From the NCBI GenBank assembly GCA_964423365.1, contig CAYRFC010000003.1:1-44761 (forward strand): a stretch of DNA of 44,761 nt. Direction: 5' to 3'. Made by a program: the position numbers and the translations under genes. Shown here in pieces: positions 1 to 8,146 of this stretch. Each line of letters begins with the position of its first letter. The first letter of the stretch is position 1. The notes below the pieces were generated by a model that was not told the DNA's origin, did no database searches, and was given only the letters and a program-made list of their open reading frames with translations. The stretch comes from an uncultured Oscillospiraceae bacterium. GTDB taxonomy: Bacteria > Bacillota > Clostridia > Oscillospirales > Ruminococcaceae.

Positions 1-237
1 TTACACCAGATAGGCCTCAATGCTGGCCAGATACTTCTGGGTATCTTCGTTTTCTACGCTGTGGATATTCATGGTGATGGGATGGGCCAGGTTCAAACTG
101 AAAATGCCCAAAATACTTTTGGCATCCACCACAAAACGGTCAGACCGAAGGTCTACATCAAAGGGGGCCAGGGTGGTGGCTGTAACAAAAGCCTTAATGT
201 CCTCCAGCTCCTTGAGCTTCACCTGTTTTACTAGCAT
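1..237 (-). CDS. HPr-fold protein lacking the His15 site (degenerate HPr / Crh-like paralogue)
   Basis: ORF 1..360 trimmed to ATG at 237, preceded by AAGGAGAA 7 nt upstream. Stop TAA at 1..3. 78 aa. VVDAKSILGIFSLNL aligns without gaps to B. subtilis HPr [15 protein letters not shown]. The GxHARPA loop is replaced by KELEDIKAF. Confidence 0.75.
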   Translation of the reverse strand: MLVKQVKLKELEDIKAFVTATTLAPFDVDLRSDRFVVDAKSILGIFSLNLAHPITMNIHSVENEDTQKYLASIEAYLV

Positions 238-378
238 TCTGTCGTTCTCCTTTCCGCGGCGGGCCGCTGCCCGCCTTCTATGGGCCGGTGTTCCCCCGCC
301 GGCCCGTCCTCTCTGCACAAATAAGTCTTCCCTCTGGGTGCTACTCCTTGGCAAAGCCACCGCTTTCCACCGCGGCGG

Positions 379-1731
379 CTAAGCGCCGGCGCTCTCTGCG
401 CCTGCATTCTGGGTGGCCGCTTCCCCGCCGGGGGCCTCCCAGCTTTCGGCCTCCCTGTCTGCAAAGGCGTACAGCCCGCTGGTTCCGTCGAACAGCCGCA
501 TGGGGTTCACACTGTTTTCAAACAGCCGCACCTCGTAGTGCAGGTGTGGCCCGGTGGAGTAGCCCGTGCTGCCCACGCTGCCCACCGGCTGGCCGCGCGC
601 CACCATATCCCCCTCGGCCACATCCAGGCTGTCCATATGGTAGAACAGGCTTTTCAGCCCATCCCCGTGCTCTATCACCAGGGTGTTGCCTGTGTTCAGC
701 AGCTCCGCGGCAAAAATCACACGCCCGGCGGCCGGGGCCACCACCGGCGTTCCCCGGGGCGCGCCAATATCTATGGCCGGGTGGCGAACGGCGGTTTGAG
801 AGCCGTTTGTGTAGCGGAACAGCCCATATTCGGTGTTCAGCTCCCCCTCCACCGGCCAAAGGAACTTCCCCTCCCAGTACACGGTGTTGTCCGCCTGCTC
901 AAACAGCGGGGGAATGGTCTCGTTGTACTGCTGGTAGGCGGCGGGGCTGTTGGCCTCGGTTATCTGGGTGTCGGTGTTGTCCACCGTCAGCTCCTGGGTG
1001 GGGAAGTCTGTCTCCACCACGTTGAAGGGTAGGTCCCAGCTCCGTCCGTCCAGCCCCACCTGCAGGCTGTAAACCCCGGGCGCGGTATCGTGCGCGGCGG
1101 CCACAAAGGCGGTCATCTGGCCGGGGCCGCCGGCCACAAATTGTACCGACGATACCTCCATGTTTGTGGTGGCTGTGGGGGCCGCCCCCTCGGGCAGGTT
1201 ATACAGGCGCACGGCCAGCACATCCCCCTGGGCCAAAGCGTCCGCCCCCTGCTCCAGCCGCACATCCACCTGCGCGGCAAACGAGGCGCGGTACTGCAAG
1301 GTGCCGTAGCCCTTGCCGTTTTCCATCTCGCGGCGGCTGTCCACCCGCAGCTCATACAGGCCGCTGTTCAAAAATGCATACTCCGAGAGCTTCTCCGCCT
1401 GCCCGCTCCACACATCCGCCCCATCCTTAGAAAGGGTGGCCACACTGGAAAAACCGGGCGGTATCTCGGCGCTGATATTGGGCTCTGCCAGCTCGCCCAG
1501 GTCTTGCAGCTCGGCCGGGGGCGCCCGATAAAAATCCTTGTACAGCATTCCGCCAAACACCGGGGTGTGCCACTCATACCCCACGGGGGAAAGTGCGGTT
1601 TCCATCACGGTCAATTTCGGCATGGGCACGCTGCTCTCCCCGGTGCTGCTGTAGGTGAACCACAGCAGCCCGCCCAGGCAGAGCGGAAATACAATCAGGA
1701 TGATAAGCAAGACCACCAGCAGCTTTTTCAA
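379..1731 (-). CDS. M23 family metallopeptidase, N-terminal membrane anchor
   Basis: 450 aa, TTG start. N-terminal hydrophobic helix (LLVVLLIILIVFPLCLGGLLWF). C-terminal LytM/M23 motifs HPAID (HxxxD) and GPHLHYEV (HxH). Confidence 0.85.
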   Translation of the reverse strand: MKKLLVVLLIILIVFPLCLGGLLWFTYSSTGESSVPMPKLTVMETALSPVGYEWHTPVFGGMLYKDFYRAPPAELQDLGELAEPNISAEIPPGFSSVATLSKDGADVWSGQAEKLSEYAFLNSGLYELRVDSRREMENGKGYGTLQYRASFAAQVDVRLEQGADALAQGDVLAVRLYNLPEGAAPTATTNMEVSSVQFVAGGPGQMTAFVAAAHDTAPGVYSLQVGLDGRSWDLPFNVVETDFPTQELTVDNTDTQITEANSPAAYQQYNETIPPLFEQADNTVYWEGKFLWPVEGELNTEYGLFRYTNGSQTAVRHPAIDIGAPRGTPVVAPAAGRVIFAAELLNTGNTLVIEHGDGLKSLFYHMDSLDVAEGDMVARGQPVGSVGSTGYSTGPHLHYEVRLFENSVNPMRLFDGTSGLYAFADREAESWEAPGGEAATQNAGAESAGA

Positions 1732-1854
1732 ATGCCTTCACCCTCTCGCCAAAATCTCCCATGCCGCGTCAAGTCAGCACATTATAGTATACCACAAGAG
1801 GCCACGCAGGCAAAGAAGAATTTTTATCTTTTGGCAGCTTTTCCGGCGGGCACT

Positions 1855-1882
1855 TTGCAAAACCGTTCGAATCACGTATAAT
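1855..1882 (+). promoter_or_regulatory. sigma-A type promoter for asnS
   Basis: TTGCAA (1855..1860), 16 nt spacer, TATAAT (1877..1882), about 39 nt upstream of the asnS ATG. The leader is too short for a T-box. Confidence 0.5.
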
Positions 1883-1920
1883 ACAAGGTATATATACCCC
1901 ACAATAGAGGAGAATGCCAG

Positions 1921-3309
1921 ATGGAGAGAACCACTGTTTCCGAACTGTACAAGCACACGCCGGCCAGCGGCAGCACCGTTACCGTGCGGGGCTGGGCGCG
2001 CACCGTGCGGGATTCCAAAAGCATCGGGTTCATAGAGCTGAATGACGGCAGTTTTTTCAAAAGCGTGCAGGTGGTGTTTGAGCAGGGCACCGTGGCAAAC
2101 TACGCCGAGGTGGCCAAGAGCGGCGCGGGCACCTCGTTTTGCATCACCGGCAGCCTGCTGCACACCCCCGAGGCCAAGCAGCCCTTTGAGATAAAGGCCA
2201 CCGAGATTGCCATTGAGGGAAGCTGCCCGCCCGAATACCCTTTGCAGAAAAAAAGGCACTCTACGGAATTTCTGCGCACCCTGCCCCACCTGCGCGCCCG
2301 CACCAACACCTTTGCCGCCGCCTTCCGGCTGCGCAGCGCCGTGGCCTTTGCCATCCATAAGTTTTTTAACGACAACGGCTTTGTCTACATCCACACCCCC
2401 ATCATCACCGGGTCGGACTGTGAGGGCGCGGGGGAGATGTTCCGCGTGACCACCCTGCCCCCGGTAAACCCGCCCCTCGCCGAGGACGGCTGTGTGGATT
2501 ACAGCCAGGATTTTTTCAAACGGGAGACCAACCTCACGGTGTCCGGCCAATTGGAGGCGGAGGGCATGGCCCTGGCCTTTGGCCGGGTGTACACCTTCGG
2601 CCCCACCTTCCGCGCCGAGAACAGCAACACCCCCCGCCACGCGGCGGAGTTTTGGATGATAGAGCCCGAGATGGCCTTCACCGACCTGGCCGGGGACATG
2701 GACGTGGCCGAGGCGATGGTGAAGTCGGTGGTGCGGTATGTGCTGGAGAACAACCCCGAGGAGATGGAATTCTTCGGCACCTTCTTCGACAAAGAGCTGC
2801 TGCCCCGGCTAAGCAACCTGCTGGAAAGCAGCTTTGAGCGCATCAGCTACACCAGGGCCATGGAGCTTTTGCAGCCCTACAACGGAGACTTTCAGTTCAA
2901 GGCCGAGTGGGGGGCCGACCTGCAAACCGAGCACGAGCGCTGCCTCACCGAGAAGATTTTCCAAAAGCCGGTCTTCGTCACCGACTACCCGAAGGAAATC
3001 AAGAGCTTTTACATGCGCCAAAACGAGGACGGCAAAACCGTGGCCGCGGTGGATATGCTGGTGCCCGGCGTGGGCGAGCTGATTGGCGGCAGCCAGCGCG
3101 AGGAGCGGCTGGACAGGCTGGAGGCCCGCATGAAGGAGATGGGCATGAGCCTGGAGGAATATGCCTGGTTCCTGGATTTACGCCGTTTTGGCACCGTGGA
3201 GCACGCGGGCTTTGGCCTGGGCTTTGAGCGCATGATTATGTACCTCACCGGCATCCCGAACATCCGCGACGTCATCCCCTACCCCCGCACCGCGGGCGGT
3301 TACGTATAA
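1921..3309 (+). CDS. asnS: asparagine--tRNA ligase
   Basis: 462 aa, typical AsnRS length and layout (N-terminal OB anticodon-binding domain, class II core ending [27 protein letters not shown]). RBS GAGGAG 8 nt upstream. Confidence 0.95.
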   Translation: MERTTVSELYKHTPASGSTVTVRGWARTVRDSKSIGFIELNDGSFFKSVQVVFEQGTVANYAEVAKSGAGTSFCITGSLLHTPEAKQPFEIKATEIAIEGSCPPEYPLQKKRHSTEFLRTLPHLRARTNTFAAAFRLRSAVAFAIHKFFNDNGFVYIHTPIITGSDCEGAGEMFRVTTLPPVNPPLAEDGCVDYSQDFFKRETNLTVSGQLEAEGMALAFGRVYTFGPTFRAENSNTPRHAAEFWMIEPEMAFTDLAGDMDVAEAMVKSVVRYVLENNPEEMEFFGTFFDKELLPRLSNLLESSFERISYTRAMELLQPYNGDFQFKAEWGADLQTEHERCLTEKIFQKPVFVTDYPKEIKSFYMRQNEDGKTVAAVDMLVPGVGELIGGSQREERLDRLEARMKEMGMSLEEYAWFLDLRRFGTVEHAGFGLGFERMIMYLTGIPNIRDVIPYPRTAGGYV

Positions 3310-4343
3310 TGCAGCCCATTGCCGGGCCGCTGCTGGCCTGGTACCACCAGCACCGCCGCATCCTGCCCTTCCGCGAGGACCCCAGCCCCTACCATATCTG
3401 GGTGAGCGAGATTATGCTGCAGCAAACCCGGGTGAGCGCGGCCCTGCCCTACTACGCGCGCTTTATGCAGCGCCTGCCCAGCCCCGCCGCCCTGGCCGCC
3501 TGCAGCGAGGACGAGCTGCACAAGCTCTGGCAGGGGCTTGGCTACTATAACCGTGCGCGGAACATGCAGAAGGCCGCCCAGATTCTGGTGGCGGAGCATG
3601 GCGGGGAGCTGCCGGGCGACTACGAGGCCCTGCTGGCCCTGCCGGGCATTGGCGAATACACCGCCGGGGCCATCGCGTCCATCGCCTTTGGCCTGCCGCA
3701 GGTGGCGGTGGACGGCAACGTGCTGCGGGTGTTCAGCCGCCTTTTGGGCAGCCATGAGGACGTGAGCCTGCCCAAGACAAAAAAGGCGCTGGCCGCCGAG
3801 GTGAAGGCCCAGCAGCCCAGCGCCCAGCCCGGCGACTATAACCAGGCCCTGATGGAGCTGGGCGCGCTGGTGTGTACCCCCGGCACCCCGAAGTGCGGCG
3901 GCTGCCCACTGGCCGCCCTGTGCGAAGGGAATCGCCTGGGCATCGCGGCCAGCCTGCCCGTGCTGCCCGCCAAAAAGGCCAAGGCGGAAACCCCGCTGTG
4001 CGTGCTGGTGCTGCACAGCCCGGACGGCCGGGTGCTGCTGCGCCGCCGCCCCCAAAAGGGCCTGCTGGCCGGCCTCTACGAGCCCTTTACCCTGGAGGGC
4101 CGCCTTACAAAAGAGCAGGCACAAAAAGAGCTGAGCGCCCGGTTCCCCGGCAGCTTTTTGCAGGCGGAGCTGCCTTTGGCAAAGCATATCTTCACCCACC
4201 GCATCTGGCAGATGTATGGCTGGCAGGGCCGCCTTGCCTCCACGGCGGCCCCCGGCGGCGCTTTTCTGCTGGCCGGCGCCAAGGAGCTGCAGGAGGCCTA
4301 TGCCATCCCCGGCGCTTTCAAGGCCTACCTGCCCTTTCTATAA
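3309..4343 (+). CDS. mutY: A/G-specific adenine DNA glycosylase
   Basis: 344 aa. HhH-GPD core (SEIMLQQT, VDGNVLRV). 4Fe-4S cluster loop CTPGTPKCGGCPLAALC. NUDIX-like C-terminal domain. Start overlaps the asnS stop (TAATG). Confidence 0.9.
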   Translation: MQPIAGPLLAWYHQHRRILPFREDPSPYHIWVSEIMLQQTRVSAALPYYARFMQRLPSPAALAACSEDELHKLWQGLGYYNRARNMQKAAQILVAEHGGELPGDYEALLALPGIGEYTAGAIASIAFGLPQVAVDGNVLRVFSRLLGSHEDVSLPKTKKALAAEVKAQQPSAQPGDYNQALMELGALVCTPGTPKCGGCPLAALCEGNRLGIAASLPVLPAKKAKAETPLCVLVLHSPDGRVLLRRRPQKGLLAGLYEPFTLEGRLTKEQAQKELSARFPGSFLQAELPLAKHIFTHRIWQMYGWQGRLASTAAPGGAFLLAGAKELQEAYAIPGAFKAYLPFL

Positions 4344-4417
4344 GCGGCCGCCTCTCTTTTTTTTAGTTTATTGGGCTCTATGTCGAGATATAGGGAGAAA
4401 AACACCGCCTGGAACGC

Positions 4418-4446
4418 TTGTAATCTGCCGGAAAACAAGCTATAAT
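4418..4446 (+). promoter_or_regulatory. sigma-A type promoter
   Basis: TTGTAA (4418..4423), 17 nt spacer, TATAAT (4441..4446), upstream of the 4516 start. Confidence 0.5.
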
Positions 4447-4515
4447 GAAGCTGGTTTTAAGCAGCATCAGCTTTATCCTACTAAATGCCAGGTTTTTTGG
4501 CAGGGAGGGCTTTCC

Positions 4516-4926
4516 ATGAAAAAAGGAAAAGGTTCATCTAAGCGGCTGTGCGGCGCCCTGTGCGCCGCCAAAAAAGCCATGGGCGGCTTTGGGCATTCCG
4601 CACTGGCCGGGGCCGCTGCCGCCGCCGTTACCGCCGGGGGGCTGGCCGGCTCCCTGAAAGACAAGGCCGCTGGCTTTGGCGCCAGCATCCATGCCCCACA
4701 AAACAATCATCAGGAGGTCGTAACCATGAAAAAATCCACCCTCATTGCCCTGTTTGTAGCCCTGGCCGCAGTGGCCGGCGTGCTGGGCGCACTGTATGTG
4801 TATGTGCTGCGCCGCGAAAGAGAACTGGACGAATATGAGCAACTGCTGTTCAGCGAGGATTTTAACGACGACATTCCCGATGACCTGGCAGGCCCCGACG
4901 AGCTGGCCGCCGACGAGCAGGAATAG
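4516..4926 (+). CDS. hypothetical small membrane protein (Gly/Ala-rich N-terminus, one TM helix, acidic tail)
   Basis: ATG 4516 preceded by AGGGAGGG. G/C-rich third positions continue from 4516. A second in-frame ATG at 4726 has its own CAGGAGG and would give a 66-aa TM-plus-acidic-tail product. Followed by a clean terminator. Confidence 0.55.
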   Translation: MKKGKGSSKRLCGALCAAKKAMGGFGHSALAGAAAAAVTAGGLAGSLKDKAAGFGASIHAPQNNHQEVVTMKKSTLIALFVALAAVAGVLGALYVYVLRRERELDEYEQLLFSEDFNDDIPDDLAGPDELAADEQE

Positions 4927-4948
4927 GCCCTCTTTCACCCTCCATTTT

Positions 4949-4977
4949 CCCGCACAGGCTTCCTGTGCGGGTTTTTT
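4949..4977 (+). terminator. rho-independent terminator
   Basis: CCCGCACAGG / CCTGTGCGGG 10-bp stem with a 3-nt loop, followed by TTTTTT. Confidence 0.8.
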
Positions 4978-5051
4978 CATCTTTTTGCGGGGCCTAAAGT
5001 TTCCGCAAAGCCTACCGAATATATAGGCAAGAACAAAAGGAGGTGAACCGC

Positions 5052-5336
5052 ATGACCACAGGCATCAACCCCGTGCAGGCTGCCAGCAGCAAGAAAACAG
5101 CCACAAAGCGCTACAATCATCAGGAAAATGCAGGCTTTGCCCAGGTTTTGCACCGCTACCTCTCCGGCGACGCCCTGGCCCCGGTTTCCCCCCGCCAGGA
5201 TGGCTTTGAGCGCCACAAGGAAGCCCCCTCCCCCCAAAACAAGGTGCAGGGCTTTGAGGTGAAGGCCATGCAGATGCAGGTGATGCAGGTGAACCGGGAA
5301 TTGTCTGCGCTTTTCCTCGGCGTGTTCTCGTACTAG
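5052..5336 (+). CDS. hypothetical protein (94 aa, no family recognised)
   Basis: ATG 5052 lies 8 nt after AAAGGAGG. The track start at 5043 is a GTG inside the RBS. G/C3-biased codons. Terminators on both sides. Confidence 0.55.
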   Translation: MTTGINPVQAASSKKTATKRYNHQENAGFAQVLHRYLSGDALAPVSPRQDGFERHKEAPSPQNKVQGFEVKAMQMQVMQVNRELSALFLGVFSY

Positions 5337-5353
5337 TTCTTCAGTAATAATAC

Positions 5354-5393
5354 AAACAACCGCCAGAAAGCCAGGCTTTCGGCGGTTGTTTTT
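5354..5393 (+). terminator. rho-independent terminator
   Basis: AAACAACCGCC ... GGCGGTTGTTT 11-bp stem followed by a T-run. Confidence 0.8.
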
Positions 5394-5510
5394 CTGCCTG
5401 TGGCAAGCGGCGGCGCCCTTTGCAAGCGGGCGGCAATCCTGTATAATAATACTGTTTTCAAGCGTGAAACACAAAAATGCTCACCCATCCCCCAGTCAGG
5501 AGGCCCGCCC

Positions 5511-6371
5511 TTGAATCCCTTAACCGACCTTTCCTCCATCCGTGCCCTCTGCCAAAAGCACGGCATACGCCCCCAAAAAGGCTTTGGGCAAAACTTTCTG
5601 GTGAACCCCAGCGTCTGCCCCAGGCTGTGCGACGAGGCCGGTGTGGGGCCGGGCAGCAGGGTGCTGGAAATAGGCCCCGGCATTGGCACCCTCACGGCGG
5701 AGCTGGCCCGGCGGGCCGGGCAGGTGCTCTCGGTGGAGGTGGACCGCCGCCTTCTGCCCGTGCTGGAGGAAACGCTGGCGGAGTTTGACAACCTGCGCAT
5801 TTTGCAGGGGGATATTCTAAAATTGGATGTCGCCCAGCTTCTGCGGGAGGAATTCGGCGGCCCGGCCATTCTTTGCGCCAACCTGCCCTACAACATCACC
5901 AGCCCCATTCTGATGAAGCTGCTGGAGGAGCGGCCCGGCCTTTCCAGCCTGACCGTGATGGTGCAGAAGGAGGCCGCCCAGCGCCTCACCGCCGCCACCG
6001 GCACCCGGGAGGCCGGGGCCGTGACCTATGCGGTGCATTACTACGCCCAGCCGCAGCTTTGCTTCACAGTAAAGCCCGGCAGCTTCTTTCCTCCGCCCAA
6101 GGTCACCAGTGCGGTCATCCGGCTGGATATCCGCCCCGAAACCGCCCTGCCCCCCGGCTCTCTGGCCGAAAAGCAGCTCTTTTCCCTCATCCGGGCGGGC
6201 TTTTCCCAGCGCCGCAAAACCCTGCCCAACGCCGCCGCCCAGCTGCCTGGGCTGTGCAAGCAGCAGGTGGAGGCCGCTCTTGTCTCGCTGGGGCTCTCGC
6301 CCGCCAGCCGCCCAGAGCAGCTGCATCTTGGGCAGTTTTTGCAGCTGCAGGCCCTGCTGTGGCCGGGCTGA
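5511..6371 (+). CDS. rsmA: 16S rRNA (adenine1518/1519-N6)-dimethyltransferase
   Basis: KsgA/RsmA motifs GQNFL, EIGPGIGTLT (SAM binding) and NLPYNI. Start set to TTG 5511, 7 nt after CAGGAGG. The upstream part of ORF 5400..6371 has no RBS. Confidence 0.9.
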   Translation: MNPLTDLSSIRALCQKHGIRPQKGFGQNFLVNPSVCPRLCDEAGVGPGSRVLEIGPGIGTLTAELARRAGQVLSVEVDRRLLPVLEETLAEFDNLRILQGDILKLDVAQLLREEFGGPAILCANLPYNITSPILMKLLEERPGLSSLTVMVQKEAAQRLTAATGTREAGAVTYAVHYYAQPQLCFTVKPGSFFPPPKVTSAVIRLDIRPETALPPGSLAEKQLFSLIRAGFSQRRKTLPNAAAQLPGLCKQQVEAALVSLGLSPASRPEQLHLGQFLQLQALLWPG

Positions 6372-6469
6372 TTATGCCGTCCAGAGTCACCGGCCAGCCT
6401 CACAGGAAAAAACCACCCAAAGGCAGCTTATAACTGTCGAAGAAGGCCCCCTAGCAGGGAAGGGGGCTT

Positions 6470-6503
6470 GGGGGAGAGGGGCTGCGGCCCTCTCCCCCAT
6501 TTT
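6470..6503 (+). terminator. rho-independent terminator of rsmA
   Basis: GGGGGAGAGGG / CCCTCTCCCCC 11-bp stem with a 7-nt loop, followed by ATTTT. Confidence 0.75.
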
Positions 6504-6573
6504 AACAATCACGCCTTTTGGCGATAACAGGACAATACTTCAGGCAGATGAAGTCTCTGCCAAAAGGCCGGTT

Positions 6574-6636
6574 CCGCTTGTCAAAAAAGTGTTCCACTTT
6601 TTTGACAAGCGGAAAGCCGCCCAAAGGCGGCTTTCC
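6574..6636. terminator. two tandem perfect hairpins between convergent rsmA and csp
   Basis: 6574..6612: 18-bp perfect inverted repeat CCGCTTGTCAAAAAAGTG-TTC-CACTTTTTTGACAAGCGG. 6611..6636: 11-bp stem GGAAAGCCGCC-CAAA-GGCGGCTTTCC. Lies immediately downstream of the csp stop. Confidence 0.5.
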
Positions 6637-6648
6637 GTGTCACGCAGA

Positions 6649-6861
6649 TTAGGCAGGTTGAACGTTGATTGCACGCAGCTTTTCACTGTTCTTCGGGTCC
6701 TGCTCCACGTCGTAGGTCACGTGTTGGCCTTCTTGCAGGGTCTTGAAGCCATCCACCATGATGCTGGAGAAATGTACAAAAACATCGTCTCCACCTTCGT
6801 CGTTCGAAATGAACCCGTAGCCTTTGCTCTCGTTGAACCACTTGACAGTACCTTTATTCAT
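6649..6861 (-). CDS. csp: cold-shock protein (CspA family)
   Basis: 70 aa, [18 protein letters not shown] with RNP1 KGYGFI and RNP2 VFVHF. ORF 6649..6981 trimmed to ATG 6861 behind CAGGAGG. Confidence 0.95.
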   Translation of the reverse strand: MNKGTVKWFNESKGYGFISNDEGGDDVFVHFSSIMVDGFKTLQEGQHVTYDVEQDPKNSEKLRAINVQPA

Positions 6862-6997
6862 CCAAAGATACCTCCTGAAAGTTTTTAGCATTTCTCCTGC
6901 TGCGCACAAAAAAATCACACAGTGCCGTATCCATGAAACGAACTCATGATTTACAACAAGGTGTGAAATCAGGTCGTACATTCAAAACACTACCCAG

Positions 6998-7026
6998 ATT
7001 ATAGCACCCTCCCTAAAAAAAGTAAA
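6998..7026 (-). promoter_or_regulatory. promoter of csp with extended -10 and long 5' UTR
   Basis: Minus strand reads TTTACT, 17 nt spacer, TGcTATAAT (-10 at 6998..7003). Leaves a leader of about 130 nt, as is usual for csp genes. Confidence 0.5.
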
Positions 7027-7128
7027 GCCATTTTCCGCAAAATTTTTGTGCATAAGTTATAGCCGGGTTGGCGGGCTGCTCACATGACGGCAAAACACCC
7101 ACGCCGCCCGGCTGAAAGGGGATTTTCC

Positions 7129-7545
7129 ATGAAAAGTTACCGTAAGGAATTGCATTTTCATCTGCCCAGCAGGCGGGCACTGGTCAACATCACCCCCGAT
7201 GTGGAGCAGGCCCTGCGTGAGAGCGGCGTGCAGGAGGGGCTGGTGCTGGTCAACGCCATGAACATCACCGCCAGCGTGTTCATCAACGACGACGAGGCCG
7301 GCCTGCACGCCGACTATGAGCGCTGGCTGGAGAGGCTGGCCCCGGAAAAGCCCTACAGCCAATACAGCCACAACGGCTTTGAGGACAATGCCGACGCTCA
7401 CCTGAAGCGCACCATCATGGGCCGGGAAACCGTGGTGGCAGTGACGGGCGGGCGGCTGGATTTTGGCACCTGGGAGCAAATTTTTTACTATGAGCTGGAC
7501 GGCAAGCGGGCCAAACGCGCCCTTGTAAAAATCATCGGAGAGTAG
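7129..7545 (+). CDS. yjbQ: YjbQ/UPF0047 family protein (secondary thiamine-phosphate synthase-like)
   Basis: 138 aa, family-typical sequence ([38 protein letters not shown]). ATG 7129 behind GAAAGGGG. Confidence 0.85.
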   Translation: MKSYRKELHFHLPSRRALVNITPDVEQALRESGVQEGLVLVNAMNITASVFINDDEAGLHADYERWLERLAPEKPYSQYSHNGFEDNADAHLKRTIMGRETVVAVTGGRLDFGTWEQIFYYELDGKRAKRALVKIIGE

Positions 7546-7605
7546 GGGCACCGCCCCCTCGTAAGCTGGCTCTCTCCGCCGAAAAGCGCCCTTTAGAGCC
7601 TACTG

Positions 7606-7659
7606 AAAAGAGCTGTTGCGGACGATTCTTTTGAATCGCTTTGCAACAGCTCTGTTTTA
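7606..7659. terminator. bidirectional terminator between yjbQ and the 7657..8112 gene
   Basis: GAGCTGTTGC ... GCAACAGCTC stem with inner CGATTC/GAATCG pairing. Flanked by AAAA upstream and TGTTTT downstream. Confidence 0.7.
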
Positions 7660-8112
7660 TATCGGTTCATCGTCCTCGTTTTTGGGCGGGGCCTGGCTTA
7701 TGTCCAGCAGTTCATACTCCTGCAATTCGTCAAAGCTATCCAGCGCTTCCAGCTCCCGCTCCATCACGGCCCCCTCCTCGTCCAGCATCCGTGCCGCGCC
7801 GGTGGCCATCTGCTCTTCGTCGATGCCCGCCTCGGCCAGCCACTCCTCCTCCTCGGCCTTGCGCTTTTCCTCCTCGGCCTTTTGCAGTTCCAGGGCCTCT
7901 GCTTCCTTCTGCGCCGCCAGTTCTTTCGCCTCGCGCCGGTAGCGTACCACGCTTAAAATGGCCGCGCCCACCAGCCCCGCGCTCACGGCCAGCAGCAGCC
8001 ACTGCTCGCCTCCCCACTGGGAGAAGGGCATTTCCACAAGATTGCGCACATTGTTATAGGCCATGAAGACCAGCAGGGCCGCTACAATCAACTTCCACAT
8101 AGGAGATTTCAT
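7657..8112 (-). CDS. hypothetical membrane protein with acidic coiled C-terminal half
   Basis: 151 aa. Two hydrophobic helices, then KEAEALELQKAEEEKRKAEEEE and an acidic tail. RBS AAGAGGAA. Confidence 0.7.
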   Translation of the reverse strand: MKSPMWKLIVAALLVFMAYNNVRNLVEMPFSQWGGEQWLLLAVSAGLVGAAILSVVRYRREAKELAAQKEAEALELQKAEEEKRKAEEEEWLAEAGIDEEQMATGAARMLDEEGAVMERELEALDSFDELQEYELLDISQAPPKNEDDEPI

Positions 8113-8146
8113 CCAATTTCCTCTTTCCGGCGGGCAGGCCGCCTAT

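Noticed and set aside
288-1025. 245-aa Pro/Arg/Ala-rich plus-strand ORF and several other 60-170-aa ORFs over 231..1881
   Set aside because: All are alternative-frame or antisense readings of the M23 peptidase gene. They have extreme Pro/Arg/Gly composition and no RBS.
1865-1873. GTTCGAATC, reminiscent of a tRNA T-arm
   Set aside because: It lies in the spacer of the asnS promoter. There is no acceptor stem or anticodon arm around it. No tRNA cloverleaf could be built anywhere in the window.
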